Notes: generated by a model not told the origin, from the letters alone. Shown: positions 32,603-43,695, counted from the stretch's first letter. The stretch is 64,000 bases of DNA from Bacteroidota bacterium (GCA_023426145.1 JAFABG010000006.1:48535-112534), one strand, 5' to 3'. Translations and numbers: made by a program.

Positions 32603-33508
32603 ATGAAACGAAGTAATCTATTAATATGTGCACTTATTGTAGTGTTCTCTTCCTGCAACGATAATGAGGTGTTTAAAAAGGAAATGTATAAGAATGTAGT
32701 GGCGTTAATCAGTAGCGATTATTATAATAGTTTTCAGGAAACAGTTCCTCTACAGTCAACAGGAGATGGATATGTTGGGTATATTGCAGCTTCTTCGGGG
32801 GGGACTCATGCGCCTACTAAGGATTTGGTTATTGGCTTAGAAGAAGATGCAACTCCTTTGGATCTTTACAATCGATCTTTGTATGACATTGACGATAAAT
32901 TGTATGCTAGGTTTTTGTCTAGAGATAAATATGAAATAGAGAATTACGAGATTCGGATAAAGTCCGGAGAACGAACCGGCAAGACGATGATTAAGATTCA
33001 TCCTGATGGGTTATCGCCTGATTCTACTTATTTTATCGGGTTAAAAGCAATTGACGTTTCTGGTGTAGAAATTAATCCCAAGAAGAATACGATTCTCTAT
33101 CAGATACTTATAAAGAATGATTATGCCACGCAGGCTGATAATGTTTATTACTCTATGTCTGGGTTAGTTAATGGCATGGTCACAGCAGGTAACAAGAAAT
33201 TATTTCCTCTCACTTATAATCGCGTACGAATGGTCGCAGGTACAGAAACATTTGAGAGTACGATTGCTAAAATCAATAAAACGGCTGTAATACTAGAAGT
33301 GGACGATCAGCATCACGTGATTATTAAGCCTTATAAAGATATAGATGTACAACAAGTGGATGGTGACTTAAAGTATCCTAATACATTTAAAGTGGAAGAA
33401 TCATTCGGGCATGTTTACAATGTATTCCTTCTGTCATACGAATACACAATAAATGGTGTAAAGAAATCAATGCAGGAAGAACTTAGATTGGAGGTTGGTG
33501 TTAAGTAA
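32603..33508 (+). CDS. PUL-associated lipoprotein (DUF1735/DUF4361-like)
   Basis: Lipobox FSSC, position after SusD, and GLSPDSTYFI motif. Confidence 0.7.
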   Translation: MKRSNLLICALIVVFSSCNDNEVFKKEMYKNVVALISSDYYNSFQETVPLQSTGDGYVGYIAASSGGTHAPTKDLVIGLEEDATPLDLYNRSLYDIDDKLYARFLSRDKYEIENYEIRIKSGERTGKTMIKIHPDGLSPDSTYFIGLKAIDVSGVEINPKKNTILYQILIKNDYATQADNVYYSMSGLVNGMVTAGNKKLFPLTYNRVRMVAGTETFESTIAKINKTAVILEVDDQHHVIIKPYKDIDVQQVDGDLKYPNTFKVEESFGHVYNVFLLSYEYTINGVKKSMQEELRLEVGVK

Positions 33509-33533
33509 GAAAATGTAAGTGATTGACTATAGA

Positions 33534-33567
33534 ATAAGGGCAGTTTTGGCTGTCCTTATATCTTTTT
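33534..33567 (+). terminator. Terminator after the SusCD locus
   Basis: ATAAGGGCAG...CTGTCCTTAT followed by a T-tract. Confidence 0.6.
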
Positions 33568-33725
33568 GATATATATTTCACGAGGCACTTATCTCTTTAT
33601 TTTTGGCCATTAATAGCTATAATTGCCAAACTCTATCTAAATTTCCAATTCTTTAGTTTGTTCTTCTCATTTTCTCTTTTTTATGATTAACTTTGCGCCC
33701 TTAAATTAACTAACCTTTAAAAAAC

Positions 33726-35324
33726 ATGTTTACTAACTTATTACATTTCTCTTATTTCTCACTCTTTCTAATTGTTGCTTTAGGATTTATGTTAGGAAGG
33801 ATAAAGATTAAGGGATTGTCTCTTGACGTATCGGCAGTAATTTTTATTGCTTTATTATTTGGGCATTTTGGTGTTGTTATCCCTAAAGAATTAGGTAGTT
33901 TTGGTTTGGTACTTTTTATCTTTACTATTGGTATTCAGGCAGGCCCCGGATTCTTTGATTCATTCAGAAGTAAAGGGAAAACACTCATTTTGATTACTAT
34001 GCTTATTATTAGCTCAGCTTGTTTGACAGCTGTTGGCTTAAAATATCTATTTGATATTGATACACCAAGTGTTGTTGGATTAATTGCAGGAGCGTTAACC
34101 AGTACGCCTGGATTGGCTGTGGCTATTGACAGTACGCATTCTCCTCTAGCTTCTATCGCTTATGGTATTGCTTATCCGTTTGGAGTAATTGGTGTGATTC
34201 TTTTCGTGAAACTACTGCCTAAAGTGATGCGTATAAATTTAGATCAAGAGGCTCGCCGTCTCGAAATAGAACGTCGTGGTCAGTTTCCAGAACTAGGCAC
34301 TTGCATTTATCGTATTACTAATCCTAGTGTTTATAATCGTAGCTTGTTGCAAATTAATGCACGCGCTATGACCGGGGCTGTTATTTCGAGATTAAAACAT
34401 GGAGAGGAAATATCTATTCCTACAGCACATACTGTATTGCGTGAGGGCGATTATATTCAGGCAGTGGGCAGTGAAGACTCTTTGAATCAGTTGGCTGTTT
34501 TAGTTGGCGAACGTGAGGCAGGTGAACTTCCATTGGATAAAACACAAGAGAAAGAATCTTTGTTGTTGACTAAAAAAGATATGATTAATAAACAAGTTGG
34601 AGATTTGAATTTACAGAAGAACTTTGGTTGTACAGTGACTCGTGTTCGTCGAAGTGGTATTGACTTATCTCCATCTCCTGATTTAGCATTGAAATTTGGT
34701 GATAAACTTATGGTTGTGGGAGAGAAGGAAGGTATTAAAGGAGTAGCGAGACTGCTAGGAAACAATGCAAAAAAACTTTCTGATACAGATTTTTTCCCTA
34801 TTGCAATGGGGATTGTGCTAGGTGTATTGTTCGGACAGTTAAATATATCTTTCTCAGACAGCTTGTCGTTTTCACCTGGATTGACAGGTGGGGTGCTAAT
34901 GGTAGCTCTTTTTTTGAGTGCTGTAGGCAAAACAGGTCCAATTCTTTGGTCAATGTCAGGTCCTGCAAATCAATTGTTGCGTCAGTTGGGATTATTACTT
35001 TTCCTTGCTGAAGTGGGAACCTCTGCAGGAACGAACCTAGTATCTACTTTCCAAGAAAGCGGTCTGCTGATGTTTGGCGTTGGAGCAGCAATAACTATCG
35101 TACCGATGTTAGTGGCTACCATTGTTGGTCGATTAGTATTTAAGATCAATTTATTAGATTTATTAGGTACTATAACAGGAGGTATGACTAGTACGCCAGG
35201 TTTAGCAGCAGCCGATTCAATGGTTGATAGTAACATTCCTAGTGTAGCTTATGCAACAGTATATCCGATCGCTATGGTATTCCTTATTTTATTTATACAA
35301 ATCATATCTTCGGTTGTCTATTAA
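33726..35324 (+). CDS. AspT/YidE/YbjL-family antiporter with TrkA-C domains
   Basis: Duplicated GALTSTPGL / GGMTSTPGL and YPFG / YPIA repeats with a central soluble region. Confidence 0.9.
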   Translation: MFTNLLHFSYFSLFLIVALGFMLGRIKIKGLSLDVSAVIFIALLFGHFGVVIPKELGSFGLVLFIFTIGIQAGPGFFDSFRSKGKTLILITMLIISSACLTAVGLKYLFDIDTPSVVGLIAGALTSTPGLAVAIDSTHSPLASIAYGIAYPFGVIGVILFVKLLPKVMRINLDQEARRLEIERRGQFPELGTCIYRITNPSVYNRSLLQINARAMTGAVISRLKHGEEISIPTAHTVLREGDYIQAVGSEDSLNQLAVLVGEREAGELPLDKTQEKESLLLTKKDMINKQVGDLNLQKNFGCTVTRVRRSGIDLSPSPDLALKFGDKLMVVGEKEGIKGVARLLGNNAKKLSDTDFFPIAMGIVLGVLFGQLNISFSDSLSFSPGLTGGVLMVALFLSAVGKTGPILWSMSGPANQLLRQLGLLLFLAEVGTSAGTNLVSTFQESGLLMFGVGAAITIVPMLVATIVGRLVFKINLLDLLGTITGGMTSTPGLAAADSMVDSNIPSVAYATVYPIAMVFLILFIQIISSVVY

Positions 35325-35327
35325 AAA

Positions 35328-35375
35328 ATCACTATATATAGGGATTGCCTAAGCAAAAAAGAGTTTGTACTTTTG
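35328..35375 (+). promoter_or_regulatory. 18-bp box (35328-35345) + 22 nt + -7 box TACTTTTG (35368-35375)
   Basis: ATCACTATATATAGGGAT at the same spacing as at six other promoters. Confidence 0.75.
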
Positions 35376-35396
35376 CAGCCAGAAATTTAAACAAGG

Positions 35397-35753
35397 GTGA
35401 AAAGACTATTTCTGACTATAATGCGCTATTTCTTACCTGTATTGTTCATTTCATATCTGGTAAGCATTACATTCTTTGTTCACGTTCATGTGATCAATGG
35501 TGTTACAATAGTTCATTCTCATCCCTTTAAGAAAGGAAGCGCACACCACCATTCCACCGTAGAACTATGTCTAGTTCATTTCTTGTCTCATCTGACAGCG
35601 GACGGTGCAACGGTTGTGTTCGCTCTTTTTTTATTTATTCCATCTATCTTGTGGAAGTTACGTGGAACTTCTTTAGTACTCCGTTATCATTACCCATATC
35701 ATGGTTTGGTGGGGCTTAGAGCACCACCTTGTATTCGTTTCTCTGTGTTTTAG
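35397..35753 (+). CDS. His-rich leader protein with C-terminal RAPP motif
   Basis: N-terminal hydrophobic helix, HVH/HSH/HHH clusters, and GLRAPP near the C-terminus; sits directly upstream of a TonB receptor. Confidence 0.7.
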   Translation: MKRLFLTIMRYFLPVLFISYLVSITFFVHVHVINGVTIVHSHPFKKGSAHHHSTVELCLVHFLSHLTADGATVVFALFLFIPSILWKLRGTSLVLRYHYPYHGLVGLRAPPCIRFSVF

Positions 35754-35837
35754 TGAATATGAGTTCGTTCTATCTTTTAAAAACGAAACTTTATTTTATC
35801 AGACTATCTTTATTAGAAAACGAATAACAAACGAAAA

Positions 35838-38165
35838 ATGAGAAAATATACTCTTTCGCTTGTCTTGCTGTGCTGTGCGTTAATGCCTTTCAGTGTTGGA
35901 CAAGCTGCTGTTTATGAGCATCCAGAATATCCCGAACTACGTAAGTCAGATGCTAACATAATCGGTCATATCTTAGATAAAAATTCCAAAGAACATCTTG
36001 CTTATATTACTGTTGCCTTAAAGGGCACTACCATTGGTACAGTAACTGATGCTACTGGACATTATTTCTTAAAAAATCTTCCAGAAGGAAATTTTGTACT
36101 TGAAGTGAGTTCGGTTGGGTATAAAACGGTTAGACGTAATGTCACACTGAAAAAAGGACATACACTAGAAGAAGATTTTGAAATAGAAGAAGATGCAGTA
36201 GCACTTGATGGCGTTGTTGTTTCTGCCAATCGTAGCGAAACGACTCGACGCTTAGCACCTACTTTGGTGAATGTGGTAGACATGAAAATGTTTGAAACGA
36301 CCAATTCCACAACTTTGGCTCAAGGGCTAAACTTTCAACCGGGAGTCCGTGTTGAATCTAACTGCCAAAATTGTGGTTTTCAGCAGGTACGTATCAATGG
36401 ATTAGATGGTCCTTATACTCAAATATTGCTTGATTCTCGTCCTATTTTTAGTGCACTCTCTAGTGTTTATGGGATTGAGCAAATTCCAGCCAGTATGATA
36501 GAGCGCGTGGAAGTAATGCGTGGGGGAGGTTCAGCGTTATTTGGATCCTCTGCCATTGCTGGTACTATTAATATTATTACTAAAGAACCTATTCGCAACT
36601 CAGGAATGCTCTCTCATACTCTTACTGGAATTGGTGACGGTGATGCTTTTGATAATAGTACGGCAATGAATGTTTCATTAGTCACAGATGACCAGCGTGC
36701 AGGTTTGTACATCTTTGGACAAAACCGGCATCGTGCTGCTTACGATCACGATGGGGATGGATATTCTGAGATTCCTAAAATTCATGGCCAGACCGTCGGT
36801 TTTCGTTCTTTTATAAAAACCAGCACATATTCAAAAATAACGTTTGAATATCATCACATGGAAGAATTTAGGAGAGGAGGTGATTTGCTAAATCGTCCAC
36901 CTCATGAAGCTAATGTAGCTGAACAAACAGAGCATTCCATCAATGGCGGAGGCCTGAAGTATGACTATTTCTCACCCAATGAGAAGCATAGATTGAGCGT
37001 CTTTGCTTCAGCACAACATATAAATAGAGATAGCTATTATGGTGGCGGACAAGATCCAAATGCTTACGGAAATACTACAGACTTAAATTGGATGTCTGGT
37101 ACACAATATATGTATAGCTTTGGAAAATGTATTTTTATGCCTTCTGATTTGACTGTTGGTCTTGAATTTAACCAGGATAAGTTAGAAGATAATATGTGGG
37201 GCTATCACCGTACGGTGGATCAAAAAGTAAATATTGGTAGTGCCTTTTTCCAGAATGAGTGGAAAAACGACCATTGGGGATTTTTATTGGGTGGTCGTTT
37301 AGATAAACATAATCTTATAGATCATGTTATTCTTAGCCCGCGCGCGAATCTTCGCTACAACCCAACTCAAGATATAAATTTGCGTTTGAGTTATTCCTCA
37401 GGCTTCCGTGCACCACAAGCCTTTGATGAAGATCTGCATGTTGAAAATGTCGGAGGAAATGTAGCTATGATTGAGTTAGCTAAAGATTTGAAAGAGGAAA
37501 GGTCCAAAAGCCTAAGTATTTCCGCAGATATTTATCATCGTTTTGGCGCTTTTCAGGTCAACTTTCTTGTGGAAGGATTTTATACGAAATTGTCGGATGT
37601 GTTTGCTTTGACAGATGGAGAAGTTGTCAATGGTGTATTAACTCGAACTCGTTATAATGCTCCTGGAGCCAAAGTGATGGGTGTGAACTTAGAAGGAAAA
37701 ATGGCTTATTTAAGCAAATTTCAGATTCAAGCGGGAGCCACTTTGCAACAGAGCCATTACCGTGAGCAGCATGTCTGGAATAAAGAGGCTCTACCTGTGA
37801 AGAAGATGATGCGTACTCCAAATACGTACGGCTACTTAACCGCTACCTATACTCCTTTAAAACCTTTAGCAATTTCGTTATCTGGTACCTACACTGGTTC
37901 GATGTTAGTTCCTCACGAAGCGGTTCCCGGGTTCTTAGATAAACCTGTTACAGTCGACACAAAAGATTTTTTTGATGTAGCTCTTAAAGTTTCTTATGAT
38001 TTTAAACTCTATAAGGCAATGACTTTGCAAGCGAATGCTGGCGTCCAGAATATTTTTAATGCTTATCAGGATGACTTTGATAAAGGACCTAATCGCGACT
38101 CTGGATATATCTATGGTCCCTCATTGCCTAGAAGCTTTTTTGCTGGGGTAAAAATCAGTTATTAA
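35838..38165 (+). CDS. TonB-dependent receptor (non-SusC, CarboxypepD-like N-terminal extension; NCQNC in plug)
   Basis: LDGVVVSANR, IERVEVMRGGGSALFGS and GFRAPQ; C-terminal aromatic residue. Confidence 0.92.
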   Translation: MRKYTLSLVLLCCALMPFSVGQAAVYEHPEYPELRKSDANIIGHILDKNSKEHLAYITVALKGTTIGTVTDATGHYFLKNLPEGNFVLEVSSVGYKTVRRNVTLKKGHTLEEDFEIEEDAVALDGVVVSANRSETTRRLAPTLVNVVDMKMFETTNSTTLAQGLNFQPGVRVESNCQNCGFQQVRINGLDGPYTQILLDSRPIFSALSSVYGIEQIPASMIERVEVMRGGGSALFGSSAIAGTINIITKEPIRNSGMLSHTLTGIGDGDAFDNSTAMNVSLVTDDQRAGLYIFGQNRHRAAYDHDGDGYSEIPKIHGQTVGFRSFIKTSTYSKITFEYHHMEEFRRGGDLLNRPPHEANVAEQTEHSINGGGLKYDYFSPNEKHRLSVFASAQHINRDSYYGGGQDPNAYGNTTDLNWMSGTQYMYSFGKCIFMPSDLTVGLEFNQDKLEDNMWGYHRTVDQKVNIGSAFFQNEWKNDHWGFLLGGRLDKHNLIDHVILSPRANLRYNPTQDINLRLSYSSGFRAPQAFDEDLHVENVGGNVAMIELAKDLKEERSKSLSISADIYHRFGAFQVNFLVEGFYTKLSDVFALTDGEVVNGVLTRTRYNAPGAKVMGVNLEGKMAYLSKFQIQAGATLQQSHYREQHVWNKEALPVKKMMRTPNTYGYLTATYTPLKPLAISLSGTYTGSMLVPHEAVPGFLDKPVTVDTKDFFDVALKVSYDFKLYKAMTLQANAGVQNIFNAYQDDFDKGPNRDSGYIYGPSLPRSFFAGVKISY

Positions 38166-38270
38166 GATTATGAGCTAGTTTTGATTTATAAAATAGGTTT
38201 TTATCGAGCCTATTATATTCTGCAAGTATTTAGGTAATAGTTGATTTTATAAGTGATACTAGCGGAGCAA

Positions 38271-38321
38271 GAGGTGTATGATTGCGAAGAAAACTTTCTT
38301 CAATCATACACCTTTCATTTT
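38271..38321 (+). terminator. Stem-loop after the TonB receptor
   Basis: AGGTGTATGATTG...CAATCATACACCT followed by a T-rich tail. Confidence 0.65.
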
Positions 38322-38914
38322 AATGAAAACGAAGGAGTTATTCATAAATAGAATGATTTAGTTTTTGTGTTTAAATCGGTTTAGTGTTGCAACTTATTTA
38401 TTATAGTCTATTCTATCATTTGGGAATCATATGTGCATATTACACTTTTAATTAGATAAATGTTAAAATTCTCTTTTAAAGGAAATATAATTATATAGTG
38501 CTATTCGGATCTTTAAAAATGTAAAATTGGTTATAATGAATTTATTTATAGGTATTTATGTCTTGCTGTAGTTCTTTTAAGAACTATTTTTTATTCGTTT
38601 ATTAATATTATAGTGATAGATAGTATTTTTTTTGCTAATTCGTTAATTAATGTATTCTATATCTTGTTTTCTTTTCTTTTTTTAATTCTATTTTATGCGG
38701 AATTATTGTTTTCTGTATATCAACTTGTCATTTTAAAACTGGTTATTTAGTTTTATTGATCTATTATTGTTGTTATTGCAATGTATATATTGTTAATATA
38801 GCGTATTTTGAAACATTTTGTTTTAATGTTATTGCGGTTTAAAAAATAATAAATATATTTGTGGCGTATATGTTTAAGATTGTTTTTAATAAGTTAATTT
38901 TTAAGAGAGAATTT

Positions 38915-41900
38915 ATGAAAAGAACATTAATGTTACTGTTTGCTTGTCTATTCATGTGGACAGGCTTTGTAACCGCTCAGAATCAAAAGGTTACAGGTAC
39001 TGTGATCTCTGAAGAAGACGGTCAACTAATTATTGGGGCCTCTGTATTGGTTAAAGGTACTCAGATCGGTACTATCACTGATGTAAATGGTAGTTTTACC
39101 CTCGCTAAAGTGCCAAGCTCCGCTACAACTTTGGTTGTATCCTACATCGGTATGCAAACTGCTGAAGTGAAAATTGTTTCTGGAGTTATTAAGGTGGTAT
39201 TAAAAACCGATGCTCAAATGATTGATGAAGTAGTTGTTACGGCATTGGGTATTAAAAAAAGTGAGAAAATGCTAGGTTATGCTGCTAGCACTGCAAAAGC
39301 CGAAGATTTGACTGTTGCCAAATCAGGTTCATTGATGAGCGGATTGCAAGGTAAGATGGCAGGTGTACAAATTTCAAGTGGTGGTGTTACTGGTACATCT
39401 CAGAAAGTCGTAATTCGTGGTATTTCTTCTGTTTCAAGCAATAACCCTTTGTATATTGTCGACGGTGTCCCTATTAATAATACCCGTATTGGTAATAATA
39501 CCGTAGATTATGGTAATGGTGCAAATGATATAAACCCCGAAGATATTGAAAATGTGACAGTACTTAAGGGTGCATCTGCTACTGCATTATATGGAGCGCG
39601 TGCTGCTAATGGTGTTATTATGATTACCACCAAAAAACCTCAAGGAAAGCCATCTATTACTTATGATGGTTCTTTAACTTTGACAGATATATTACGTGTT
39701 CCTATGACTCAAAACCTTTTTGGTGAAGGATGGGGATCTTGGTCTAATGAAGAAAACGGTTCTTGGGGGCCTCGTTTGGACGGACGAGAACATTGGTGGG
39801 GTTCTACAGAACTTGAAGAGAAAATGGTTAAACCTTTTTCTTATGTTGAGAATAATATTCGTAATTTCTATCAAGTTGGAACGGAATGGAATAATAACAT
39901 ATCTTTGCGCTACGGTGATGAAAAAGTTGGAATTACTGCTTCTTATGGAAATGTTACTTCAAATGGTATAACTCCAAATAATGGTGACACTTTTCAACGC
40001 AACACATTCTCCTTGCGTGGGTATGCCAATATGGATAAACTTCACTTAGATATGTCTATGAATTATGTTCGGAAGGATATGCGCCGTACTCGTAATATTT
40101 ATATGGAGTTATTACAAGGAGCTTCTGATGTTAACTTTTCTCAGATGAAGGATTATAATGATGAGCGTTATAACTCTGATAACTATTTTACTTTGTATGC
40201 TTATAATCCTTACTGGATGGTTGATAATAACTATTCAAAGTATCAAGATGATCGTTTTTATGGTAAAGTGGAGTTGTCTTATGATATATTGAAAGAACTT
40301 AAAATAGTTGGACGTGTGGGTGGAGATTTTACTAATTATGTCACAAGAACATATGAAGCTAAATTGAATTGGTCCGAAGGGTCTTATCAGGCTAATGGTA
40401 ATGGAACAACAGAGCCTGAACCTGGATATTATTCTAAGTATCGTAATAATTATGCTCAGATTGATGCGAGTTTATTGTTGATGGGTAATCATAAATTTGG
40501 TGATATTACGCTTGGGGGTACTATAGGATGGAACCTGAATGAAAGATCTTATGATCAAGCTGGAGCTTATAATGAAGCATTGGATATCGATAGTTGGTAT
40601 GCTTACGATAATACAACGTCTTATTCTATAGCTGATGAATCAAGCTGGAAACGTCGTTTAATTGGTTTGTTGGGACAGGTGGAGCTGGGTTATAAAGATT
40701 GGGCATTTTTAAATCTATCTGCTCGTAATGATTGGTCCTCTACACTGCCAATTGGCAATAATAGTTTCTTTTATGGTGGCGCTAATGTTTCTATTTTACT
40801 GAATGAAGCAGTTCCTTTCTTGAAAAAGGTTGAAGATTTAAATTTACTTAAAGTTCGTGCTGCAATTGGTCAGACTGGTAATGATGCGGGGACATATATG
40901 ACTAATTCATATTATACGCCATGGAAATCTTATTATACATATCTTCCTATTAACGGAGTGTCGGGTCTTACGGAATATAATCGACTTCCAAATACAAACC
41001 TTAAACCTGAGATTACTACTGAATATGAGCTCGGATTGAATGCTGTTTTCTTCAGTAATAGATTGAGTGTAGATTTGGCTTGGTATAACCGTCAAACAAA
41101 AAATCAAATTATATCCGCTACTTTAGCTCCTGAAACAGGGTACACCTCTAATACGAGAAATGTTGGAAAGTTAGAGAATAAAGGTGTTGAAGCTGCACTA
41201 AACTTTACTCCAGTACGTAACAAAAATTGGGAGTGGAATGTTGGGGCGACTTTCTCTAAGAACTGGAGTAAAGTGAAAGAATTATGGGATGGACTTGATG
41301 AATACACTGTATCAGCTGGAGGATATACTAGTGTTCGTGGTGTTTCATATGTACTCAAAGTAGGAGAGCCTATTGGTATTTTTAAACTTCCTGCTGAGGC
41401 AGTAGTAAAGGATGATAAGAGCCCTTATTATGGCTATCGTATTGTAAATACAAATGGATTTTTGACAGCAAGTACTACTGATTATGCTTATTTGGGGTCA
41501 TCTCAGCCAGATTTTGTAATGGGATTCACTACAAGTCTTAAGTATAAAGGGTTTACACTTGCAGCGACAGGTGATTGGCATAAAGGTGGGTTGATGTATT
41601 CTAATACTTCTTATATTACTCATTTTAATGGTAATTCTACCCAAACTGTATATAATGAACGTGACTCGTTCGTTTACCCTCTGTCTGTAAAGTCTGTAGG
41701 TGGTGTTTACGTCGAGAATAATATTCCTGTGTATGCTTACAACATGTATGCAGCACAAGGTAACTATTCTTATAATCCTGAAGTTCGTAGAGATTTCATT
41801 GTAAGTCGTTCTTATTTCAAGTTACGTGAATTAGCTTTGACTTATAATTTTCCAAAATCTATAGCAAAAAAACTTAGCATGCAGAATTTATCTTTAGGAT

Positions 41901-42058
41901 TTGTTGGTCATAACTTATTTTTGATAACTCCTAAAAAGCAAAACTATATCGACCCAGAATCATCTAACTACGGTAATGATATTGATTCTGAGTTTGGTGA
42001 AACTTTGGGTACTGTATCTACACGTAGTTATGGTATAAACTTGAAAGTTGTTTTTTAA
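38915..42058 (+). CDS. SusC/RagA TonB-dependent transporter
   Basis: IDEVVVTALG and VLKGASATALYGARAANG. The track's GTG at 38861 lies inside a TATATTTG promoter box, so ATG 38915 (MKRTLMLL signal peptide) is preferred. Confidence 0.93.
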   Translation: MKRTLMLLFACLFMWTGFVTAQNQKVTGTVISEEDGQLIIGASVLVKGTQIGTITDVNGSFTLAKVPSSATTLVVSYIGMQTAEVKIVSGVIKVVLKTDAQMIDEVVVTALGIKKSEKMLGYAASTAKAEDLTVAKSGSLMSGLQGKMAGVQISSGGVTGTSQKVVIRGISSVSSNNPLYIVDGVPINNTRIGNNTVDYGNGANDINPEDIENVTVLKGASATALYGARAANGVIMITTKKPQGKPSITYDGSLTLTDILRVPMTQNLFGEGWGSWSNEENGSWGPRLDGREHWWGSTELEEKMVKPFSYVENNIRNFYQVGTEWNNNISLRYGDEKVGITASYGNVTSNGITPNNGDTFQRNTFSLRGYANMDKLHLDMSMNYVRKDMRRTRNIYMELLQGASDVNFSQMKDYNDERYNSDNYFTLYAYNPYWMVDNNYSKYQDDRFYGKVELSYDILKELKIVGRVGGDFTNYVTRTYEAKLNWSEGSYQANGNGTTEPEPGYYSKYRNNYAQIDASLLLMGNHKFGDITLGGTIGWNLNERSYDQAGAYNEALDIDSWYAYDNTTSYSIADESSWKRRLIGLLGQVELGYKDWAFLNLSARNDWSSTLPIGNNSFFYGGANVSILLNEAVPFLKKVEDLNLLKVRAAIGQTGNDAGTYMTNSYYTPWKSYYTYLPINGVSGLTEYNRLPNTNLKPEITTEYELGLNAVFFSNRLSVDLAWYNRQTKNQIISATLAPETGYTSNTRNVGKLENKGVEAALNFTPVRNKNWEWNVGATFSKNWSKVKELWDGLDEYTVSAGGYTSVRGVSYVLKVGEPIGIFKLPAEAVVKDDKSPYYGYRIVNTNGFLTASTTDYAYLGSSQPDFVMGFTTSLKYKGFTLAATGDWHKGGLMYSNTSYITHFNGNSTQTVYNERDSFVYPLSVKSVGGVYVENNIPVYAYNMYAAQGNYSYNPEVRRDFIVSRSYFKLRELALTYNFPKSIAKKLSMQNLSLGFVGHNLFLITPKKQNYIDPESSNYGNDIDSEFGETLGTVSTRSYGINLKVVF

Positions 42059-42079
42059 CTCTAAATAAAAAATTGAATT

Positions 42080-43666
42080 ATGAAGAAATATATAACTTGG
42101 GGATTGCTTTTTTTAAGTGTAGCTTTCCTGATTGGCTCAATGACTGCTTGCAGCAATAGCAGTTATCTAGATATCAATTATAATCCTAACTATCCGTCTT
42201 CTGCTACTTGTAAAAATCTTGTACCTGCAGCTGAAGCTTCTACTGTTGCTGTTTTGGGACTTTATGGAACGGTAACTGGAAATATGTGGTGCCAATATAC
42301 AACACAAGGAAACTCTACTAATCAATACAATAATTTGTGTGGTTATGCTGTTACAACAAGTGAAAGTTATCCTCCCGTTACATCGCTATGGCAAAATAGT
42401 TACGCCAATGCTTTGGAGGATCTTAAGTTGGCTTTAACGGATGCAGAAGCTAAAGGTTTATGGAACTATTGGTTAGTAGCTAAAGTTTTACAGGCTTATC
42501 ATTTTCTAATGTTGACGGACTCTTATGGCGATATTCCTTTTACAGAAGCTCTCAATCCACAGTTAGTGAACCCAGCGTTTGATAGCAGTGAGGATGTAGT
42601 CTATCCTGGTATTTTAGCAATGTTAGATGCTGCAATTGCAAAAGGTGACGATGCAATAAATGCAGAAAGAGCTTCTGCTATGGGAAATAACGATTTGTTT
42701 TTTTCAGGTTCGATGTCTAAATGGGTCGCTTTTGCAAAAAGTCTAAAATTGAAGATGTATTTAAAGTCTTACAGCACATATGGCACTCAGATTGCTAGTT
42801 TACTTAGTGGTGGTGGTCTTTTAGAAGAAGATTGTGCGTGGACTGCATGGGAAGATGCTACAAATAAGAGTAACCCGTTTTATGAGTATAATATTCGTCA
42901 GCTGAATACAACTGAAAATGTTCGTGCTTGTCATACTTTTCTTGAATATATGTTGAATAAGAAGGATTCACGTATCGCTTATATCTATGAACCGACCAAC
43001 GATTCGAAGGCAACTTACTCCACTGAAGCGGAGTGGATAGCACATATGGATTTATGCTATGAAGGTCTTATCTGTGGTCCTAACTCTGGTAAAATTGAAA
43101 CGACTGATGCACCTATTTCATCTACTTCACGTTTTCGTCAACGTTATAATGATCCTGTTTATCTGATGAATGCAGCTGAGTGTCAGTTGATGATTGCAGA
43201 AGCTTATGCGCGTGCTGGTAATAAAGTAAAAGCAAAAGAATACTATGATAGCTCAATTTTAGCAGGTTTCAGCCGTTGGGAACTAGACGGTAGTACTTTT
43301 GTAAATGGAGTTTATAAGTTCGATGATACTGATATTTCAACAATGTTGAAAAGTATAGGTATGCAATATTGGGTAAGTTATGCTGGCGCTAACTCTTATG
43401 ATGGATGGATTACACGTAATCGACTAGGAATTCCTGTAGTACAAGCAGATATAGTTGTCCGCAAGAGCGAAGTACCTTTAAAGAGAGAATTAACTGATGG
43501 GTACGTTTTAGGGACTCTGGTTGATCCAATTGGAAGTAATTTAAATGCAGGAGAATATCCTTTGAGACTTCTCTATCCAACAGCAACTACATTGTACAAT
43601 ACTTCTTCGGCAGAGTATGTGAATACTTATGGAAATAGTATGATAAAACCTTTGTGGTGGGAGTAA
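42080..43666 (+). CDS. SusD-like lipoprotein
   Basis: Lipobox MTAC, YGDIPFTEA, YPLRLLYP and PLWW. Confidence 0.9.
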   Translation: MKKYITWGLLFLSVAFLIGSMTACSNSSYLDINYNPNYPSSATCKNLVPAAEASTVAVLGLYGTVTGNMWCQYTTQGNSTNQYNNLCGYAVTTSESYPPVTSLWQNSYANALEDLKLALTDAEAKGLWNYWLVAKVLQAYHFLMLTDSYGDIPFTEALNPQLVNPAFDSSEDVVYPGILAMLDAAIAKGDDAINAERASAMGNNDLFFSGSMSKWVAFAKSLKLKMYLKSYSTYGTQIASLLSGGGLLEEDCAWTAWEDATNKSNPFYEYNIRQLNTTENVRACHTFLEYMLNKKDSRIAYIYEPTNDSKATYSTEAEWIAHMDLCYEGLICGPNSGKIETTDAPISSTSRFRQRYNDPVYLMNAAECQLMIAEAYARAGNKVKAKEYYDSSILAGFSRWELDGSTFVNGVYKFDDTDISTMLKSIGMQYWVSYAGANSYDGWITRNRLGIPVVQADIVVRKSEVPLKRELTDGYVLGTLVDPIGSNLNAGEYPLRLLYPTATTLYNTSSAEYVNTYGNSMIKPLWWE

Positions 43667-43695
43667 TTTAATGTAAAATTTAAAAAAATGATAAT

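Noticed and set aside
38320..38850. Very AT-rich 530-bp stretch upstream of the third susC as a possible RNA or invertible promoter
   Set aside because: No inverted repeats, terminator or 18-bp box found; consistent with an ordinary regulatory region.
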